From: Balanoglossus misakiensis
Taxonomy: Eukaryota; Animalia; Hemichordata
Assembly (NCBI GenBank): GCA_040954595.2
Contig: CM082586.2
Span: 6,682,509-6,746,508, forward strand
DNA length: 64,000 nt
Reading direction: 5' to 3'
Position 1 is the stretch's first letter; each line of letters starts with the position of its first letter. Below, piece by piece: positions 56,685 to 64,000 of this stretch. A model generated the notes under the pieces. The model saw only the letters and a list, made by a program, of their open reading frames with translations, was not told the DNA's origin and ran no database searches. Made by a program: the position numbers and the translations under genes.

Positions 56685-57924
56685 ATATATAATTTTTTGA
56701 GTTTGCTGTAATCTACTGATAAAATAGAACTATTGACACTGACACTGACGTGAACTTGACATTTCATCCGGAAATCGAAGAATAGTAGAATCTACTGTAG
56801 ATTAACGAAGCAATTGAATGTGAAAGAGTGAATGTAAAAAGAAGATATTCAGGTTCATGAGCTTTTGCACATGGATGTTGATCCAAGCCCTCTCTGTACC
56901 GGCTAACTTCGTCGAGTAGGGTAAAATGCTTTCTAGTTCTTGTATCTTGTCATTACAGAACAATTATAATTAATTGTCGTGTATCTTTGTTTTCTTAGTT
57001 TGTCATTTTTACATTGTTGTGTGTTTTATGTTTGCAATATGGACAGTTTTTATTAGGTACTAGCATTCAATCATGTGATTAAAACTGGTTTAATCCTGGG
57101 CTAAATACTAAGGCAGTACATATCAATATTTAAAAAGGAAATGCGGAGCTTCGAAAGGTTATCTTAGTGTGGTAGAACCCATTCTCAACTGCAAAAACAA
57201 TCCTTGCAGGTTCACATCGGCAATTTGTGCATTTTGACACAAATTCAGAAAGGTCAAATAAAGTGCGTTGTATCTCAACCCAGTTACGATGAAGTTAAAA
57301 CGGCTTTGCATTCTGCGGGAATTCACATTAATAAAGGTTATTGTCATGCATTTTAATAAAAGACAAAAGGACAGGACAATGGGCCACAAATCCGTATCAT
57401 TGACGTATTAAAGTACGGTTCGTGGAAAATTTACAATACTGTGGCATGCGTTTTGTGATAACTTTTATTGTGACGTAAGCAGGTATTGCTTACTAAAATA
57501 AATGACTATTTGGGCGTTTAGCCTTCAACAGTTTTTCTCTGTAAAATTTTATTCATAGTGACTATTAAAGCCAATTACAAGGTCCAAGAAACCGATATAA
57601 ACATTAACCGGGGTCAACTTACACCACTACATTCGACGACGGGTATGGGCATGCATGCACTCGATTAGACTCTCTCACAGCCCCTCACGTCGTCCATGCA
57701 GGCTTATGGACTGATTGCATGTGTGCTAAGGTTCGCTACACAACACCAAACGGTGCTTCTCCCTTGCCAAACGGTGGAGGGCGCGTCAGTGAAGAGCCTT
57801 GTAGCAGATCGTGGGCTGTGAGAGAGTCTAGCACTCGATTGACTCGATGCCCCCCCCCCCCCCCCTCATTTGACACCGGCTCACACGCAACTTTGTTTCT
57901 TTCACAGAACTTTAACGCACAACA

Positions 57925-60900
57925 ATGGGAAAGCTCGAGAAACTTTACCTAGCGTCCGCTGAAAAAGGTGACCTTATTGGACTGGAAACCGCGCTGGAAG
58001 ACTCGTCGGATTTCGACATTAATACCCGAGACTTCAAGGGGAGAACCGCCCTTGATTTGGCCATAGAGAATGGTCAAATAGGTAGGCAGACAATGTTCGC
58101 ACTTGGAGACAACAGAACTTTAGTTCAAAATATCATCCCATGCGATGGTTTTATAAAATGGCCGAGCTTGCAATTGTCAATGGTGTGACTTTTCTTGGTT
58201 AACCTACACGAATCACGTGACTTTCACACGTCTTACCTGTATTTAACCCTTAACTATTGTTGTTGCAATTTTCCGTTTTTTTTTACAGACGCTATGAAAA
58301 TGTTACTGGCCAACGGAGTTGACATAGGCGATGCCCTGTTGAAAGCCCTGGACAACAAACTTTTGGAGGCAGCGCGCTTGCTGTTGGAGCAGCCTCAGGT
58401 AAGCCGCAGCTAATCGAGAGTAAAGGCTACTTCTTTTTCATAAGTCTAGCGCCCTCATACAGTCATCATGAATTTGAACTCAAAGCGTGGCCAATTGGGA
58501 AAATTTGACCAATCAGGTCAAGGGTGTCATGGTGGCCGCGTGAGGGCGCTAGACTCATGAAGAGAGTGTGTCTGTGGATGGTGTACTACTACTTATATCA
58601 TCTCAATGTCTCCTGTATTCTGGACAGTAGACGTCTCTAAAGAAAACGAGGAAAGTAACCAATATGTCATACACTGAACACGGTGTTCATTTCTCTGCAG
58701 GGAAAAGATCTGGCTGTCCAACATGTAGTTCACGACATTGAAGACTTTCATCCGGACATCACACCGATAATTTTGGCGGCTCACCAAAACGACTATAATG
58801 CCATTAAGGTAAGACGGTGTGACATAGGCCAAGGCCAAACCGTTGGACAGTCAAATTTTGAAGTTTTGAGTGAAATTCCTCCGACCCCCCACCCCAGGCC
58901 TGAAATAATGACGGCTCCCTTAGAGAGGATCTCTAAGGGAGCATTGACTCTCACCGTTGACTTTATACTTACAGCTGTTGGTGGAAGCGGGGGCGCCCCC
59001 TATCGACTTGGCGGATATTAAATCAGAGAAACATACAGTGCAGCGTTCTGTCGGTACCCTAAATATCTACAAGGCCCTTGCAAGTGAAGCCTACATCTCT
59101 TACACTGAAATTGAGATGAAAGAGCACTCCGATCCATTCGGGAGAGCCTTCGAAGTGAGTATTTGCAGTATACACGTAAGGCATTATAGATAAGGGTGAA
59201 TCTCACGTCATGTCATTTGAATTTCTGGCCAAAAGCACTCGCTCATGTCACGTGACTATTTAAATCCATCAAATACATCGCCAGTCCGCCTATGCATTCT
59301 TCAAGTTCTATTTCGGGGTGACCAGATAGGAAACACCCGCTGAAAGTAGACATTGAAAGTACAGTTCCATTCTCCGTACAGAGATTGTAGCGCGTAGATA
59401 ATTCTAACCTAGCTAGGCGGTCTAGTGCGGCCAGTTCCCCTAGCCAGGTTAGCTACAATCTCTCTGTGAAAGTACATGTACTTTAGTTTGATCACGTGAC
59501 AACCGTGACACGTGCCGTTAAGAACTCCCTAGCTTCGCGGCAATGCGTCAAATATAATGGTGGTGTTTGGATTCAACACAAAATACAAACCGACCAGGCC
59601 ACCAGGGGGTATTTTTACACACTTGTTGCAGTTTTAGCCCCTTTCCTTCCGAAGTTTTTTTTTTTATATATCTAATAAACACATTTCTGTTGAAATGTAT
59701 TAACAGCTGTCGAACGAGTTGCGCCAACTCAGTTCCTCGGAATACGAATTTCGACAAGACTACGCAGAACTGGCAGATAAGTGCGAACAATACGGCGCCG
59801 ATCTGCTGGGACAGACGCGAAGTGCAGGAGAGCTTGAGGCGGTTATGAATCATAATTCGCATCCAAAAGCTAACGGCAATCAGGAAATGAACCTGCCCGC
59901 TAAGATTTATGACGCCGTCAAAGGAGAGCAGAAGAAGGTGAAGTGATATGTTTTATTTTATTTTGTCTTTTTTGTTTTTTGTCTTTTTTTTTCGTTTTGT
60001 GTCGTGTTTGTTGTGTTGTATTGTGATTTCACTTGTTTTGTTTTGTTTCTAACCAACCAAGCAAGCAAGCAACCAAGCAACCAACCAACCAGCTTGTCTG
60101 TCTGACCTGTCCATCTCATCCATCCATCCATCCATCCATCCATTCGTACATCGACCCGTTTCATTTGATGTACCTTCAACGGAATATCTCCAGCCAAAGT
60201 TCTTCTAAACGCCTTCTTCTCCTTTCCAGTTTGTGGCCCATCCGTACTGTCAGCAGTATTTGATCGAGCGTTGGTATCATGGCCTGGCGGATTGGCGTGA
60301 CAAGAGCTCATTACGCAATGTCTGTCTGTCATCGCTCATCATGTTGATGTCCCCGATAATGAGTCTTCTCTATATCCTGTTTCCCTATGGAGGAATTGGA
60401 CGTTTCATGAATATACCGTAAGTTATATTTTCGTTTTAGGTCAAATGTTCATTTTACTAAATATATACATGTACAACGTATCCTTAAGTACGGATGTTTA
60501 TTTAAAAAAAATGATTACCGATGTAAAAACAATCATTGCGATCATACCCTGCAATATTCAATCATTCGTATGTCGAATTTACATTGAAATAGCCAGTTTC
60601 ATAGAAATAGAAATATTCAACACAGCACAGCACATCACATTACAGCACAGCACAGCACACAACACAACAACCAGCGATCTTTTGTTTTAAAAGGTACATT
60701 GAACGCATCTACTAGTTCATGTCGACTGTATGCCGAATAAGTGTTTGAATGATGTTGTATTCCATTTTAACATTATTCCTTACAGATATGTCAAGTTCCT
60801 GGTGCACTCTGCCTCCTACTTGTTCTTTCTTCTGATACTGTTACTCACAACAGTAGATTTTAACAATTACGTCTATCAAGATGAGCTACTGAGGTTGCAA

Positions 60901-63900
60901 GAAATGAAGCTTTACAGCCAGGAACGCGGACCCACACCGACAGCTCTGGAATTTCTGCTGATCATATGGGTTGCCGGTAGGTGCCATTCTCGCCGACGTC
61001 CACAGCTTCTGCCATCTCGGCTCCACTATGCCACGCGAGATAATAAAAGCTCCAATGCAAAAAAAATCCATTTGAATAAGCCAATCGCGAATCTTTTCAC
61101 AAATTGTCTTCAGTACGGCAAACCAATTTGACAGTGTTTATGAGTCGCCCTTTCCGATTGGATCCGCTGTATTTTCGCGCGTCGTCAGTCTGTCTGAGCG
61201 CGCCTTTAATATTCTACTGCAACTGGGGGTATTTTTTCATAATTCTTGGTTACACACGCTCAGATAACTCCCAAAATTGTCTTTCTAGGATTGATTTGGG
61301 TGGACATAAAGGAATTATGGGTCCGTGGACTTATTGGATATCTCAACGACTCATGGAATTATTTTGACATAGCACAGGTTGCTTTGTACTTGAGTTGGAT
61401 GGGGCTCCAGATATACGCATTCATTTTGGTAAGTATTTTGGCTGGGCAAAGAATTTCGTTTCTGAATAATGCATTTTCAGAGAATTTTGAGCTTCCTGTG
61501 AGGGGCATTCGTATGGGGTGTATGTAATGAAGTATGAGAAGATAGGGTTTCAGTATTTAACTGTACAAAAGCGTTTTCGATTTGTGGTTGTGCATGCGTG
61601 ATTTCATGGCTGGATACAGGCCTAGTTTTCGCGTCATCTTGGAAGGGCACCCTCTTTATGAATATGGCTGAGGAGTCTTCATTAGGTCATTACCTCTTTC
61701 GAAATACTAGTAAGCCCTCGACCATGAAGTCAAACCGATGTATGAACACCTTTTCTGCACACGACAGGTTAACGACGAACGAGACAGCCATGGACAGTCG
61801 TTGAAGACGGACAGTCCGAACACAGCAACACCCGCGGCGGCTGCAGTGGATAGTGTAACGGAAGCTGCCGTTCAGAGCGTCACTGATCTGGTGCACACCG
61901 TCTTCGAAACAATCTCTCCAACGGCCAACTCGCTGAGTGACGTCACCGCCGCGCAGAGGTCTTCTCAGTCCATAACGAGCAACGCGACACTGGAACACAT
62001 CGCCAGCACGCTGGACAGCCTTCTTCAGATGGTTTCTGAACGTCTTCCGGGCGGCGAGAGCGGCGGGCAATTCGATGCGAGCAGCCTCAACTTGAGCGGA
62101 TTCGACGACTTTTCCTATTCTATTCCGCGTGAAGATTGGAGCGCCCAAGATCCGACGCTTCTCACAAACCTCATCCTGGCAGTGGCCAACGTCATAAGCA
62201 TCATCAAATTCCTCCGGCTCGTGGTGGTCAACGATTATGTCGGCCCCCTTCAAATCAGCTTCACTAAAATGATCGGAGACATAGTCCAGTTCATGTGCAT
62301 ATTTGTGGTGATTTGGCTGGCGTTTGCCCTGGGCATGACGCAAATCTATCGCAGTGACGCACCCGCGTGGAAACTCACATGCTTGGAAGAAGGGGGTACA
62401 CATGATGAATGTGACAACCAGCCATTTGGAAAGTAAGTAAGATGTGCTCGTTTTTTCATTAGTCAGCACAGATGCTGATATCAGTTACCATACCACACCA
62501 CACCACACCACACCACACCATACCATACCACACCATACCATACCATACCATACCATACCATACCATACCATACCATACCATACCATACCATACCATACCA
62601 CACCACACCACACCACACCACACCACACCACACCACACCACACCACACCACACCACACCACACTCTACCATACCATATTGACGTGGAAACGTCTGATTTT
62701 ACAGCATGGCGTCGTCTTTGGACACGTTGTTCTGGGCGCTAGTTGGAATGGGAGATCTTGGATCACTGGAGGATGCTCAACACCAGTCGACCCTACTTGT
62801 TGGGCGTATACTGTACGGTGGCTACAACATCACCGCAGTTGTCATCCTGTTGAATCTCCTCATCGCCCTGATGGGTACCACCTACACAAATGTATCGGTA
62901 CGTACGTCCAGCAGTTAGGCCCTACACTTGAGGAATCAAAAGTTCACGGCGTTTTTTTTCTCGAACGTAGCGAGCAGAAAAGATGGCGTGTGTGGTGTTA
63001 GGTGCCGCCTTTCGTTGTCAACTTGGTCCTGGACAGCACTGAAAACACATGCAATTACTTTGTTTGTAAACCTAGTACAACAGCTTCGATCTTGGAGATA
63101 ATTTTCCAATAGGCCATTTTCATGACCCTTACATGACCTAACATCATCGTACTTCCGTTGGTATGAATGCATCAGGTGACTAGAACCTCCACAAAATCTC
63201 CATATTTTCAGCTGTAATCAATGAATTCTATATTACAAGGATTCTGTATTTCAAGGATTTGTTACATGTTCCTTGCCCCAAATGATGAATTTTGACGACC
63301 CCTTATCACCGGAAGTACGAGGATGTAAGGGTCATGAAAGGGTCATGGAAGCGCCCCATTGATGTGCTGATTGCCGAAACGTCCCATAGAACGCACCTCT
63401 AATTTGCAGGAACAATCGGACACGGAATGGAAGTACAGTCGAAGCGAATTGTGGATCGATTACTTCCGGAGAGGTTCAACTCTGGCGCCGCCTTTCAATA
63501 TCGTGCCAACCCCCAAGTCTGTCGTTCGCTTTGTGCAGTGGATTATAAACAACGTGTGCTGCCGTTTGTGTGGCCAGAAAGTCAAGTGTATGGTGAGCTG
63601 CTCGTTTACATCTCAATCCCTCTAGTGTTTATCTGCTCCCCTGTAGAGTTCGGACACGAATTACCTTCTCTGCTGAAGGTAGTCAGTGAGGAGCACGTTA
63701 ATGACTGGGTGAAAACAAAACACAAAGGAAAACAGGTGCAACTCACAATCTTGATTTCATAATGATCACTACTTTAAATATTCAGAGACTGGCGGCCATT
63801 TTGAATTTCAAATTTGAGAAAATGTTGCTCTCTCTTAGCCAACTGTCTTATGTTATGCAGGGTGCTCTAGTAGAGGACGATTAAACACAATGTGCTTTTC

Positions 63901-63949
63901 TTCGTTTCAGAAACCACGCAAACAAAAAGACAGTGGCGAAAGCTATAAG
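57925..63949 (+). CDS. TRPC-family (canonical transient receptor potential) cation channel, 3'-partial
   Basis: Ankyrin repeats (GRTALDLAIEN, DITPIILAAHQNDY), LNIYKALAS, KKFVAHPYCQQ, PYVKFLVHSASY, S4-S5 linker VGPLQIS, pore LFWALVG, S6 VILLNLLIALM, TRP box EWKYSRSELW, LAPPFNIVPTPK. The last visible exon is 63911-63949 and the gene continues past the window. Confidence 0.93.
58428..58570. mobile_element. MITE copy (same family as 43571-43700)
   Basis: ttcataagtctagcgccctca...tgagggcgctagactcatgaa inverted repeats. Confidence 0.75.
59378..59467. repeat. Short inverted-repeat element
   Basis: agagattgtagc...ctaacctagctagg / cctagccaggttagctacaatctct arms. Confidence 0.6.
60050..60143. repeat. 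(CCAA)/(GCAA)/(CCAT)n compound microsatellite
   Basis: Seen directly. Confidence 0.88.
62487..62677. repeat. (CCATA)n/(CCACA)n pentanucleotide microsatellite
   Basis: Seen directly; produces the HTIPY and GVVWC pseudo-ORFs. Confidence 0.97.
63120..63348. mobile_element. MITE-like element with about 40-bp imperfect TIRs
   Basis: catgacccttacatgacctaacatcatcgtacttccg pairs with cggaagtacgaggatgtaagggtcatgaaagggtcatg. Confidence 0.68.
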
Positions 63950-64000
63950 GTAGGCTTACAACCGTTCTAGCAATTCCCTTGTATAGCATTTAATAATCAT

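Noticed and set aside
61690-62469. 259-aa ORF on the - strand
   Set aside because: Antisense shadow of the GC-rich TRPC exon 61768-62432.

Overview
Intron-rich eukaryotic (metazoan) DNA, probably from a marine invertebrate (inference from gene content, intron sizes and MITE types). Seven spliced protein-coding genes were reconstructed by hand from GT-AG boundaries: ADAM17 (-), SPAG1 (+), ZNF706 (-), RCC1L (+), an OFCC1/ojoplano-like gene (+), a corin-like type II membrane serine protease with TM-Frizzled-7xLDLa-trypsin domains (-), and a TRPC-family channel (+, runs off the window end). ADAM17/SPAG1 and ZNF706/RCC1L are close head-to-head pairs. Introns and intergenic DNA carry many short non-autonomous DNA transposons (piggyBac-like, Kolobok-like, AcademH-like, Tc1/pogo-like) and simple repeats. 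The main finding is a tandemly duplicated pair of 136-nt exons in the ADAM17 catalytic domain (6983-7118 and 6814-6949). They are only 33 nt apart, so they look mutually exclusive, and they swap the substrate-binding edge strand (GGTLGLAY vs DGVLGLAY). A candidate 19-bp pre-mRNA helix and splicing-factor motifs lie next to them. No prokaryotic features, tRNA, rRNA or CRISPR array were seen. Gene names come from my recall of the vertebrate proteins, not from a database search.
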